Assembly: GCF_006345805.1 (NCBI RefSeq)
Contig: NW_021833579.1
Location: forward strand, 1 to 58,644
Source: Octopus sinensis
Taxonomy: Eukaryota
Reading direction: 5' to 3'
DNA length: 58,644 bases
The notes under the pieces: model-generated
Told to the model about the DNA's origin: nothing
Seen by the model: only the letters and a program-made list of their open reading frames with translations
The model's database searches: none
Part shown: in pieces, positions 1-12,552 of the stretch
How positions within the stretch are numbered: the first letter of the stretch is position 1
Layout: every line of letters starts with the position of its first letter
Made by a program: the position numbers and the translations under genes

Positions 1-201
1 GCTCAAACCTAATCAGATCAAATTTTACTTGGTAATACTATGAGACCGCGGAGTGTCATCATGTAATTTTTTTTTATGAAACAATGCAACATTGGCACTG
101 GTTCCGTACTAGGTCTCGAAACTCGGAGAGTAAAGAGAAATCTTCGATGGAGTAGTTATAAATAGTTTCACTTTTATTCTTTCTCTTTTAAGAGTTTCAC
201 T

Positions 202-242
202 ATGTGTATATATATATTATATATATATTATAATATATCTAT

Positions 243-292
<50 letters not shown>

Positions 293-351
293 ATAATATA
301 TATATATGCATATATATATATACATAGTGAAACTATATGTATATATATATG

Positions 352-382
<31 letters not shown>

Positions 383-620
383 TATGTATATTATATGTAT
401 GTATATATATATATATATACACTATGTACCAAAACACACGTACATATTATATATGTATATGTATGTATATCGTATATATATATAGTGTGTGTATGTGTAT
501 ATATATATATATAATATATATATATATACATATATGTATATATATATATGTGTGTATGTATATATACATATATGTGTGTGTGTGTATCTATATATGTTTA
601 TATATGTGTATATATATGTA
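202..620. repeat. (TA)n/(TATG)n compound microsatellite
   Basis: Read directly; explains the Y/I/C-rich ORF 337-621. Confidence 0.95.
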
Positions 621-1293
621 AGAAATAATTGAGTTTCAGTTGAATTAGGTACTTAAGTTGAAGCACCAAGTTAGTCTAGTTTTATTCGCACAGCTCGAAG
701 TAAGGTGAATAAATTCAAAATAAGCAACAGGATATCAAGTAGTGATGCAGTACGACCGTTTTAAGCGGCTCCATTTAATTGAACAATGCAATCATTACAT
801 CAGTTTAAATGCAGTGTCATCTTCAGCTGCACAAATAAAAGAACGGAAGTTTAACAACTAGGACACATTAATATAATTTTTCTCAAATATTTTAACAGGG
901 CAAGAAGATGGAAGAAATTGATGCTGTCGCATAGACTACACTTTCATGAATTGCAAGAAATCTAGTGGGGTCATAGTGTTGTAAGGGATTGAAATTCATT
1001 TCTAATTCCGTTATCCCTTTATTAACTACTAAATCTAAGACTAGAAGACTGTCTATTTTGAATAAAGGACAAGAGTGAGTTGACAGCTAGATATGGTCAT
1101 ATATATTATCATAGGCATCCCTTTTCCTCGGGGAGGAAAGAAGACATTAGGAGTAGTGAATTGGATATAAGTAACTGTCTATAAAAAGAGGCTGGATACG
1201 GGAAGTCTTTAAATCATGATGTTAATTACCAGTTAAAGGGGCAAGACGCTAAGAAACCTAAGAAGTTAATACAGAGGAAATTTTATTTTGAGG
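621..1293 (-). mobile_element. Probable Penelope-like element 3'/pLTR fragment with type I hammerhead-like motif (745-832)
   Basis: Minus strand reads GTGCAG-CTGAAGA...TAAAA-CGGTCG-TA-CTGCAT. Stem I pairs, GAAA is mutated, and (TA)n tracts bound the segment. Confidence 0.5.
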
Positions 1294-1519
1294 CATTATG
1301 GATGATTGTTTATAAATAATATGTATATATATGTGTGTGTATGTATATGTATGTGTATATATATGCGTATAAATATGTGTGTATATATATATGCATATAT
1401 ATATGTATATATAAGCATATATATATTTATGAATGTATACATATGTATGTGTCTATGTATATATGTGTGTATAGATATATGTATATATTTATGTATGTTT
1501 ATATATGTGAGTGTATGCA

Positions 1520-1562
<43 letters not shown>

Positions 1563-1737
1563 TATAGTACTTTTGATTGAACTCCTATTATTCTATAATC
1601 ACATATATACAACAGTTAGAAAATAAAGTTTTCACACGCCAACGTGAACGTTTGTATGTAAAGGAGTTAAGTAGATGGTTTTATTATTGGTTGATTGTAT
1701 ATTTTTATTATGGTTTCCATTAGATCTAACAATGAAA

Positions 1738-1918
1738 GGCGGCGAGCTGGCAGAAACGTTAGCCCCCAGGCGAAATGTTTAGCGGTATTTCGTCTGTCTT
1801 TACGTTCTGAGTTTAAACTCCACCCTGGTCGACTTTGCCTTTCATCCTTTCGGGGTCGATAAATAAAGTACCACTTGCGTACTGGAGTCGATGTAATCGA
1901 TTGGCCCCCTCTCCAAAA
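1738..1918 (+). mobile_element. tRNA-derived SINE family 1 (GGCGGCGAGCTGGCAGAA head), 3' truncated
   Basis: A-box/B-box-like head and core GCCTTTCATCCTTTCGGGGTCGATAAA shared with more than 10 copies in the window. Confidence 0.9.
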
Positions 1919-1920
1919 CA

Positions 1921-3030
1921 TATGTTTACGTATAAAAAGGTCCGATATACACAGAATAGAAATGATACCAGGAATTAAAGGGAGGAATAAGAGTTTTACG
2001 AGTTCAACGGCTGTTTCTGGGTGCTTGGTGATCCAAAATAGTGAATGTAAATTTATTTCATCATCGGATAATACCAGCTTCTCTCTTCAGGGAAGAATTT
2101 TAGGTTTGGGGTGTTGACAGAATGAAGTTTAAAGATGGAATGATTTTGTGGAGTTGGAGCGGTAATTAGATACAAAGTAATGGGAGGAGAAAATAAATTT
2201 CAGAGCTAAGAGTAATAAAGAGGCTAATGATAGTAGAAGTAGAAGACAGTGCTCCAGTAAGGCTGCAGTCAAATGACTGCCTATTCACAACCCTCTATTC
2301 ATTTTCATACACCTCTCTTTAACATAACACCCCCTCCAATACCAACGTAATTCCTTTTCCCACTAACAATTACTTTTTGCCCACCTTCTCACCCCCCACC
2401 CTATCCCCCTCCATCTCCTCTCATTCCTCTTTACATACCTTACTAACCTCTCTCAGTCACGGAACCAGACAACTTATTTCCCTCAAATAATAGTCATTCC
2501 CATTTTCCCTATCTCAACCTTTAACCCTATAGCCTTCATATAAATTAACACAAAGGTCACTACCAAAACCACTCTTCCCTCTTCCTCCCAATTTCCACCT
2601 CTACTACTATCACTAGCCACATTATTAATCCTAACCCTGAAATTTATTTTCTCCTCCCACTACTCTCTACCTTAATTACCCCCGCCCAACTTCTCTTTCT
2701 AATACACTTAGTTCTCCACAAAATTATTCCTTCTTAAACTCCATTCTGTCAATACCTCAAATGTAAAATTCTTCCCTGAAGACGAGGGCTGGTATTATCC
2801 GATAATGGAATCAATTTACAATCATTATTTTGGACCACTAAACCCCCAGAAACAGCTATTGGACTCCTAAAACTGTTATTCAATTCCTTTAGTTCCTGAT
2901 ATAATTTCTATTCTGTGTAAGTCGGACCTTTTTTATACGTAGACATAGGTACATTTTTTGCATTAAATCTATTTAATATTTTTTTTATATCGACTGGCTT
3001 AACTTACTTGTCCTTACATTTACTCCTATG
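1921..3030. mobile_element. Penelope-like inverted pLTR pair (arms ~1921-2245 and ~2597-2947)
   Basis: Diverged ~330-bp inverted repeat; each arm carries a CTGAAGA...GAAACAGC hammerhead-like core. Confidence 0.6.
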
Positions 3031-3523
3031 GAAATATATATGAATATCTTGTATAACCGTGTGTGTATGTGTTTACTCATACATGTACTATATATATACA
3101 TATATATAAATTTCATTTACTCACTATTTTTCGTTTTGAATGTCGCAGGGGTATTCAAACAAATAGTCGCACACAGTGTAGTGAATATATTTTGAAAAAA
3201 TAGTTGTATGTAGTAAGCTCAGCAGATGATCCTAAGTGCTTGGCACTAAAGATAAAATCAATTGATACTAAGATGACTATTCTTTTCTTTGTCTTTATGC
3301 AAAGGTTAGGGCTATTTTTTCGTATATTCGCAACATTAACCGTGCGTGTTTTGTTTATAGTGAGAAAAATGCAGCTTTGGGGAGTTGACTCTTGTTTCTA
3401 GCACAACTGGTATATATTTTTATGTGTATTTAACTATATTGGTTAAGCTTGCTGGCTACTTTATTATTATTATTATTATTACTACTATTTATATAATAAT
3501 ATCATTGTGTGTGTGAATATACA

Positions 3524-3529
<6 letters not shown>

Positions 3530-3622
<93 letters not shown>

Positions 3623-3698
3623 ATACATACATACATACATACATACATACATACATACATACATACATACATACATACATACATACATACATACATAC
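3530..3698. repeat. (TA)n-(ATAG)n-(ATAC)n compound microsatellite
   Basis: Read directly. Confidence 0.95.
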
Positions 3699-4020
3699 GT
3701 GGATATTTACCTACTGCCATTGGTTTTCGGTGAGGGGAGTGTTACTTGTAGTTCTTATATACTGCTTTCTCCATGTAAACATGTCCTCTTGTGAGACCAG
3801 TAGTTTAGTAACGAGTTGTTTTCGGCGGAAGCCGAACAGTTCGAACAACTCTGGGTATATAGACTTCAAACAACTCCTGCTCAGCCGTCTGAGATTTGGG
3901 AAATTCCGAGAAGCGTCTCCCGCAGCCTCAGTTTTCAGTATATATTTATTCCATTCAACTTTCACAATTGAATTATTTCTATTTCTTCTAATCATAATCA
4001 ATGTAATAACATCAACCGCC

Positions 4021-4084
<64 letters not shown>

Positions 4085-4348
4085 CTCTCTATTTCCCTCC
4101 CTCTCTCTCTCTCACTCTATATATATATTTATATACGAATATAAACAAGAAGGGTAGTAATATTATTTACTACCAGGTGCCCAGCACAAAAGACGAATTA
4201 GTCATAAGACAAAAATATTATTCATATAGAAAAATATTATTCATGTAGTTATACATTAGGGCTCCTAAATTAAGATGCCGAGGCTGGGAACACAAAAAGG
4301 GGATGAATTTATCGAGAGTAAAATCAAATATATATATATATATATATA

Positions 4349-4384
<36 letters not shown>

Positions 4385-4404
4385 TATATAGATAGATAGA
4401 TAGC

Positions 4405-4451
<47 letters not shown>

Positions 4452-4453
4452 CT

Positions 4454-4505
<52 letters not shown>

Positions 4506-4514
4506 TGTTTTATA

Positions 4515-4735
4515 TTTTACTTCTTTTAGTTATTAGCCTTCGACCATGCTGGGATGCCACATTGTATAATTTTAGTCAACGAATATTAGTCGTTTCTATT
4601 TTTTAATTTTTATTTTCTAAGGCTAGTACTTATTCACTCGGTCACTTTGCGCAACCGATAGGTTACTGGAATGTAAACACACTAACATCTGTTGTCAAGG
4701 AGCGGGGACAAAGACAAACACACACACAAACACAC
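4515..4735 (-). mobile_element. SINE family 2, degraded 3' half
   Basis: Reverse complement resembles the 3' half of 18064-18499. Confidence 0.7.
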
Positions 4736-4791
4736 ATGTATATGTGTGTGTGTATGTGTGTGTGTGGTGTGTGTGTGTATGTGTGTGTGTG

Positions 4792-5111
4792 TATTTTAGG
4801 AAGCTAAAAATTATTGCTGGCATAGAATGAGCATGGGCTTCGCACCTATAACGCGCTTAGTAATATAGGAGACTCGTCAGACTCAAATGGATGAAGGTGC
4901 ATAACCTCTCTACAACTAGAGTCTTAGTATCTGAGAGACAGTAGATTGTGTAGAAGAGCACAACAGGCGGTACAGCTATAGAACACAAACCACGTATTTG
5001 TGCGCCTCCAGCCATTTGAGTCTGACGTGTCTCCTATAATTATAAATGGTTTATAGGTGCAAAACCAATGGTCATTCCATGATCGACCATAACTTTTCAC
5101 TTCCTATAATA
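4792..5111. mobile_element. Palindromic element with a hammerhead-like motif in each arm (Penelope-like inverted ends)
   Basis: ~110-bp diverged inverted arms; arm consensus GAGT-CTGACGA-stem-CGAAA-CCAATGG-TC-ATTC. Confidence 0.55.
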
Positions 5112-5194
5112 TACATATATTACCGCTCAAATGCTTGAACGGGATAAAAAGAAATTTCAGTCAGGAACAAATTGCACCTCATTGGGCCTCTATA

Positions 5195-5435
5195 TGCTTC
5201 TATATGTTTATATGGTACTGTTTTTGTCACGTGGAGCCGTTAATCCCGACACATGTTTTTTACCTTTTCCGTTATAGTTTCCCCTCTCTCCACTTTTTTC
5301 GTTTCACCCCTTTCTGTCAAAGAGCGTAAGTTTGAAACGTCAAAGACTTTTCCATTTTTCCCGAGCGTCAAACGAATACACCTGATTGTTGTTCCCTCAC
5401 CCGTCTCTGTCTTTGGTTTTCTATACACTTGAACC
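5195..5435 (+). mobile_element. Dispersed repeat, probable Penelope-like 3' end
   Basis: Homologous to 31288-31445 (minus); degenerate AAGAG...GAAACGTCAAAGAC minimal-hammerhead-like motif. Confidence 0.5.
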
Positions 5436-5447
5436 ATATATATATAT

Positions 5448-5479
<32 letters not shown>

Positions 5480-5512
5480 CTATATATATAATATATATTA
5501 TATATATATATA

Positions 5513-5792
5513 TATGAAAGAAAAATGCGTTCAGAATGCTGGATGGTTGTATATAAAAAATATATAATACTTATTTACATATCACATATTATTTCTTCAA
5601 ATCATATATTTAATTACATATTTTTAAGCGGTTTCAACTACTACTGTAGTCTCATCAGTATAGTAGTAGTTCAAAGAGCTTTAAAAATATGTAATTAAAT
5701 ATGTGATTTGAAGAAATAATAGTGATATGTAAATAAATAGATTTATATTTTTATATACAACCATCAGCATTCTGAACGCCTTTTATTTCATA
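5513..5792. mobile_element. Palindromic element with central hammerhead core (minus strand, 5625-5658)
   Basis: ~125-bp inverted arms; minus strand CTGATGA-GACTAC-AGTA-GTAGTT-GAAA-CCGC-TTA. Confidence 0.55.
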
Positions 5793-5836
5793 GTATTAAA
5801 TCTGTACATCACACCCCCAATACTTCTAATATATAT

Positions 5837-5885
<49 letters not shown>

Positions 5886-6029
5886 TATATATATATATAT
5901 ATATATATATCTATTAATTATATATATATATATGTGTGTTGTTGTGTGTGGTTATGTATGTATGTATGTATGTATGTATGTATGTATGTATGTATGTATG
6001 TATGTATGTATGTCTGTATGTATGTATAC

Positions 6030-6157
6030 AAATTCATTCCCGAGGCACTGATTGGTCTTGGGCTATAGTAGTAGACACTTGCACAACATGCCCTGTTGTG
6101 GGACTGAATCCGAAACCTCGTGAGTGAAAAGCGAGTTGTTAACTACTCAGCCATGCC
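6030..6157 (-). mobile_element. SINE family 2, 5' fragment
   Basis: Reverse complement matches the head/core of 18064-18230. Confidence 0.65.
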
Positions 6158-6295
6158 TTTCATTGTTTTCTTGTTTTCTTTTATTTTGTTGATTTATTTT
6201 TTAATTGGCAAATAGCTACTTTCTTTTTCTGTACGTAAACATATTTGTTTCGATTGATCAAAGCTTTGTAGTGTGATTACAAGAAATTTCTCCTC

Positions 6296-6441
6296 CATCA
6301 ATTCACCGCGAGGAAAGTTTACCGAGAAAATATATTCATAGTATCTCACTATTAATAGTTAAAAGTTATTTTATTGAAAGAAAAAACGGTGAAGTGATGA
6401 CGGTGAACTTTTCTTGCGGTACATTGATGACGGTGAACTTA
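6296..6441. mobile_element. Small MITE-like inverted-repeat element
   Basis: CATCAATTCACCGCGAGGAAAGTTTACCG is inverted at ~6401-6429; repeated (TGATG)ACGGTGAA subunits. Confidence 0.4.
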
Positions 6442-6519
6442 CAGGACATGTTCTGGAGTAGACTTCCCTCATAAGATCCCAAATTGTCTCCCGTTGCCTG
6501 CAAACAAGTGGCAGTTTTT

Positions 6520-6733
6520 ACTCCTCTTTTTATTTCTTTCAATCATTGGACGGCAGCCATACTGAGACACTATCTTGAGGCGTTTAATCGAACCAATCGA
6601 CAACATGCTTCTCTCACCTTTCATCTACCAATGCTACTCACGGGGCTTTGGTCGACCCGACACTAGACTAGAGAGTTCTTACCCAGTGAACCACGCAGTG
6701 GGACTGAACCCACCACTTCTTAGCACACAACCA
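6520..6733 (-). mobile_element. SINE family 2, internally deleted
   Basis: Contains the family-2 motif CCACGCAGTGGGACTGAACC and tail motifs. Confidence 0.6.
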
Positions 6734-6834
6734 TAGAAATAATTCCTAATTTCCAGAAATGATCTCACATTTTCTTTAAGAATCATTGATAATAATTACT
6801 GCCTTGAGATATAAATAAAAGTGGTGCACCGAAT

Positions 6835-7029
6835 GAAGAAGAAGAAGAAGAAGAAGAAGAAGAAGAAGAAGAAGAAGAAGAAGAAGAAGAAGAAGAAGAA
6901 GAAGAAGAAGAAGAAGAAGAAGAAGAAGAAGAAGAAGAAGAAGAAGAAGAAGGAAGAAGAGAAGAAGAAGAAGAAGAAGAAGAAGAAGAAGAAGAAGAAG
7001 AAGAAGAAGAAGAAGAAGAAGAAGAAGAA
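6835..7029. repeat. (GAA)n microsatellite
   Basis: Read directly; source of the poly-K/S/F ORFs. Confidence 0.97.
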
Positions 7030-7169
7030 AGGGTGATGGCAGAGGAGAAGTAAGACCACATAGGACATATGAGAATGAAGGAGGAGATAGGCTGAAGATA
7101 AAATATAAACAGAAGTTAGACGCAACAACTGCAAGAAAAAAAAACTAAGCTAAACAAACAAGACTATTT

Positions 7170-7203
<34 letters not shown>

Positions 7204-7560
7204 GATACAAGAAAAAGAGAGAATTCTTGAACACTAAGGAAATGTAAGTGGGTGAGAGAATGAATGAATAAATAAATAAATAAAGCGATTATATTGGTAT
7301 TTTATGGAATAAAATTGTTTATTATCGCATACATTGTCCTTAAGATTTACTTTCGTGGAGGTAGTGGTGGTGGTGGTGGTGGTGGTTGGTGGTGATAATG
7401 ATTAGGGTTGTTTTTGTTGTGATGACGGTGGTCGTTGCCACTGTTGTTGTAATGGGTCGTAAGTTCCAAACTGGCTGACGCTTAAATATATTAGTTTGTG
7501 GGCATAATATAAAGATATACTGTATATAGGAAATTCACATATATATACATACATACATAT

Positions 7561-7591
<31 letters not shown>

Positions 7592-7619
7592 GCAAAAATA
7601 CATGGTTGGTGTATGAATG

Positions 7620-7687
<68 letters not shown>

Positions 7688-8354
7688 TATAAATATATAT
7701 ATATATATAATATATATATATATAAATGAGAGTGCGCATATAGCGAAAGATATATAGGAGTCAACACAAATATATTTATCCCTAGCCACCATGGAGGTAT
7801 GAATGCATTGCATGTACATATACATCGGTATATATGTACTAGTGAGCATATGCTACTAAAAACGTATATATATGCACACAATTATATGTCTGTGTCAGTG
7901 TATATATAAGAGTCAATATATACACACATACCCACTCATGCACACACATACACGCTCATGCATTGACGTTTATCTATCTCCAGGGTCTTATATTTGAGTT
8001 TATAATTTCATAGTGCATTGATATATCTTATATATGCACACACACATACACACACATATATCTAAATGCGTATATACATATAGTTATGTATGCATATATA
8101 CATACATATATATATGTATGCAAGTATGTATGTATATATACATATATGTATGTATATGCATATATATATATGGATATCTATATATATATGGATATATATG
8201 AGTGTATATATATATAAATATATATATAAACATATATACACCCACACACATCTATCTGTATGCATGCCAAGTACGTATGTTGTCTGAACGCATAGAATTT
8301 TAACCATAAGTATGTTGATATATATATACATATATATGTATCTATATCTATCTA

Positions 8355-8412
<58 letters not shown>

Positions 8413-8423
8413 TATACTTATAA

Positions 8424-8464
<41 letters not shown>

Positions 8465-9337
8465 CATATATATATATATATACTTATATATGTATATACA
8501 CATATATATTTATATATATATATACTGTATATATCCATTTATGTATGTAATGTGATATATGAACTATATAACTGTTAAAGATGCATATACGTACAAATAC
8601 ACACATAAATATATATCAGTATCAGTATAAGCATGCACACCACACACACACACACACATATGCACAGACTCTGTGTGTGTACATATATGAATACGTATAT
8701 AAATCTACACACAGATATATATGTATATATATGCATATATATAGTTATTTATATATGTGTATGTATGTATGTATGCATGTATGTAAATTTGTATGTATGT
8801 ATATTTGTATGTATGTATGTATGTATGTATGTATGTATGTATGTATGTACGTATGTACGTATCAGCATACACGCAATCACATACACACGACAGTCATATA
8901 TGTAGAGAAAGGAAAATTACGAATTAACATTTATTGGCTCCTAAAAAGAAAATTTACGCCAACGTCAATTTTACATAACTTCGCCACACTAACAACAACA
9001 ACATCAATAATATAGCTAAAATCGCTAGCAACAATAATAACAAAAATGACAACACTAAGGAAAAAATAAAGTAAAGCAACAATAACATAAATGCAAGGAG
9101 AAATATCTTCTTTTTTTTTGTCTTATAAGGAATACTTAATAAAAATAAGAGTAAGACTGCTTCAATAAATCTCTGTAGAGTTACACTGTCAGTCGAGTGT
9201 TTGGGAATTGGTTGTGATTACGAAAATATTGGTTTATGATCGAAAATTATGGTTTGTTTTCAGTAACAGCAGCGAAAACAACTACAACAGCAACTGTAAT
9301 GATGATCATGATCATGATGATCATGATCATGATGATC

Positions 9338-9383
<46 letters not shown>

Positions 9384-9423
9384 CAACAACAACAACAGGA
9401 ACAACAACAACAACAACAACAAC

Positions 9424-9455
<32 letters not shown>

Positions 9456-9456
<1 letters not shown>

Positions 9457-9641
9457 TCTTTGTACTAAAGACACAAGGCCTGAAATTTAGTAGGAGGAGC
9501 TAGTCAATTATATCGACCCCAGTGTTTGACCCCGAAAGGGATAAAATTGACCTTGGCGGAATTTGAACTCCGAGCATAAAGACGTGCGAAATACCGCTAA
9601 GTATCTTGCCCGGCGTGCTAAAGTTCTGTCAGCTCGCCGCC
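9456..9641 (-). mobile_element. SINE family 1
   Basis: Reverse complement of family-1 consensus, internal deletion. Confidence 0.88.
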
Positions 9642-9644
9642 TAA

Positions 9645-9721
<77 letters not shown>

Positions 9722-9724
<3 letters not shown>

Positions 9725-10564
9725 GAAACTGAAAATAGATGGGTAAAGAAAAGAATGCATGAACAATACCATGGGGATGTTGAAGATAAGACAGACAGAT
9801 AAAAAAGATGGCTGTGGATGATTAAAAGTGATTTAAAACCGGAAACGGAGGCTCTAATCTGTGCTGCCCAAGAGCAAGCACTAAGAAGAAATTGCGTAAA
9901 ATACAGAGTAGACAACACATCAGAAAGTGCTAAGTGCAGAATCTGTGAACAAAATGGTGAAACCGTATTGCATGTTACCAACCAATGTACGCCACTAGCC
10001 CCGAAGGAAATATAAGAGACGCCAACACAATATAGCAAGGCTTGTCCATTGGACACCTTGCAACAACTATGGACTTGACAAAGCAAAAACCCGAAGGCAT
10101 CATCGAAAATGATAATGCAAAGATCCTGTGGGATTTTATAATTCAGTGCGACCATGAGACAGAGAATAGGAAGCCAGACATAGTCTTAATTGAGAAAGAA
10201 ACCAAACTATGCTGGATCATAGATATAGCATGCCCAGCCGACAACAAGGTATGCTATAAGGAAGAAACAAAAGTAGATAGATATGACAGGTTAGCTTGGG
10301 AGGTAAAGCAGTTGTGGTCGATGAAAAAGTGGTAGTGGTACTAATAATTGTCGGAGCCCTGGGAACAGTGAGTAAAAATCTCGAGCAGTACATGGAACAA
10401 ATAGAGGCTGAACTAAGGGTGGAGCCCTTGCAGACAACAGCACTGCTTGGAACCGCTCGAATACTGCGGGAGGTGCTCGAAAAATTAGAGTTGTTACCTT
10501 AGTTCACTGGTAGTGAACAGCTGACATCGTAGTATATCTCCAGCGTTAGAAGCTGTGCAAGGGC
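9722..10564 (+). mobile_element. R4/Dong-clade non-LTR retrotransposon, 5'-truncated (lineage A)
   Basis: ETEALICAAQEQAL, CRIC-x8-H-x4-C knuckle, RKPDIV...IIDIACP...K..RY restriction-like endonuclease; frameshifted; (AAT)n on both sides. Confidence 0.9.
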
Positions 10565-10590
10565 AATAATAATAATTATCATTATTATTA

Positions 10591-10621
<31 letters not shown>

Positions 10622-10753
10622 GATAATGAGAAGAAGAAGAAGAAGAAAGAAAAAGAAGAAGAAGAAGAAGAAGAAGAAGAAGAAGAAGAAGAAGAAGAAG
10701 AAGAAGAAGAAGAAGAAGAAGAAGAAGAAGAAGAAGAAGAGAAGAAGAAGAAG

Positions 10754-10957
10754 AATCCTTTATACATAAGGCACAAGGCCAGAAATGTTTGGGGGGGTGG
10801 TTAGTCAATTACATCAGCCCCAGTGTTTCATTGGTACTTAATTTGTCGACCCCGAAAGAATGAAAAGCAAAGTCAACCTCGGTGGCATTTGAACTCAGAG
10901 CGTGCAGACTGCCAAGCATTTTGCACGGCGCGCTAACGATTCTACCAATTCGCCGCC
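10754..10957 (-). mobile_element. SINE family 1
   Basis: Reverse complement of family-1 consensus. Confidence 0.88.
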
Positions 10958-11020
10958 TCAATAATAATAATAATAATAATAATATAATAATAATAATAAT
11001 AATAATATAATAATAATAAT

Positions 11021-12440
11021 GTTATCGCAGAGAAAGGGCAATACTCAAGACAGAGTTGAATGCAAGAAACAGGATCGAAAAGATCAATACTGTAGCCATA
11101 ACAGTCGTGACTTACAGTTTCAATATCATTAATTGATCTATTACTGAAACATGTAATCTTGACAGAAAAATAGGGAAATTGTTGACAATGCATAGAATGC
11201 ACCACCCTAAAGCAGATATAGAACGACATTATCTGCCAAAAAAGGAGGCCGTGGACTTTTACAACTGGAATTAACAATGAAATTACCACAACCGGCCTAG
11301 ACACCTACCTGAAAAATTATGATGACTGGGTGTTAAAACTTGTCTTAAAGCATGGAAACAAGAAAACATCATACTCAGTAACAAAACAGGCAAAGGATTA
11401 TCTAAGTGGATTCCAAATACAACAAATACCAGATTAGAGTGTGTTTATTTCTAGTACTAGAAACAAGCACAGAAAAAGCTAAGCGTATGAAAACCCTTAG
11501 GTGTTCTTAATGATAAATAGCAAGAAAAACTTCTCAATGGCAAATACCTAAAGAGAGCTAATAGTGCCGATGTTCACAAAGCACTTACCCATCAATGGTT
11601 AATGGCTTCTGGCTTACAATCAGAGACAGACGGGTTTATCATAGCAGCCCAAGATCAATGCCTACCTACAAGAAACTACCAGGCCAACATATTAAAGAAC
11701 GGCAGCTGCCCAACATGTCGTGTGTGTCAACAACAAAATGAGACCATTGATCATGTCTCCACGTGCAGTATTCTTGCGCCTACAGAGTATCTCAACAGGC
11801 ATGATAGAGCAGCACAATATATTCATTGGGTAATTTGCAAAAACCTGGACCTACCCATGATAAAAAATGGTGGGACACAAGCCATCTCCAGTTCTTGAAA
11901 ATGATCGCATCTCACTCCTCTAGAACTCCACCATTAGAATAAACAGAAAGATAGATGCAAATAGGCCAGACATTATATTGAAAGACTTCAGACAAAATTC
12001 ATGCCTCCTCATTTGGTAGGTCTTGACATACCAATCAAAAACTGAGCAAGTATAAAGATCCTGAAATAGAAATTGGCAAAATGTGGTACCTCAAGACTAA
12101 AACAATACCTGTTGTCACAGGTGCCCTAGGAATGATAGCAAAAGGGGCTGATTGTTACCTAGCTCAGATACCAGGAAACCGAAAATAGCAGATATTCAAA
12201 AGATAATGCTCATGGGAACTGCCCCTGACCTACGTAAAACACTGTCTATGTAATCTCAAATTTTAAAACAAACTTATTTTCTTATGGTTTCGTAAACATT
12301 CTCTAGCACAAATACTATGTGCAAAAGCAAATTATGACACCCTAGGCATACCACCAACATGAACTTATAACTTGTTGTCTCTTGAGGTCTCTGTGTGAGA
12401 CTTGGAACTAACTTGTACAAATACAAAGCAAAAGTCAAAC
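11021..12440 (+). mobile_element. R4/Dong-clade retrotransposon, 5'-truncated (lineage B)
   Basis: ETDGFIIAAQDQCL, CRVC..ETIDH..C, RHD, RPDI; many stops; homologous to 51124-52490; flanked by (AAT)n. Confidence 0.9.
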
Positions 12441-12495
<55 letters not shown>

Positions 12496-12509
12496 TAATA
12501 ATAATAATA

Positions 12510-12552
<43 letters not shown>

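Noticed and set aside
3711-4001. 96-aa ORF or hammerhead in a GC-richer island
   Set aside because: No recognisable protein motif, and CTGAGCAG...GAAA does not fit the CUGANGA core.
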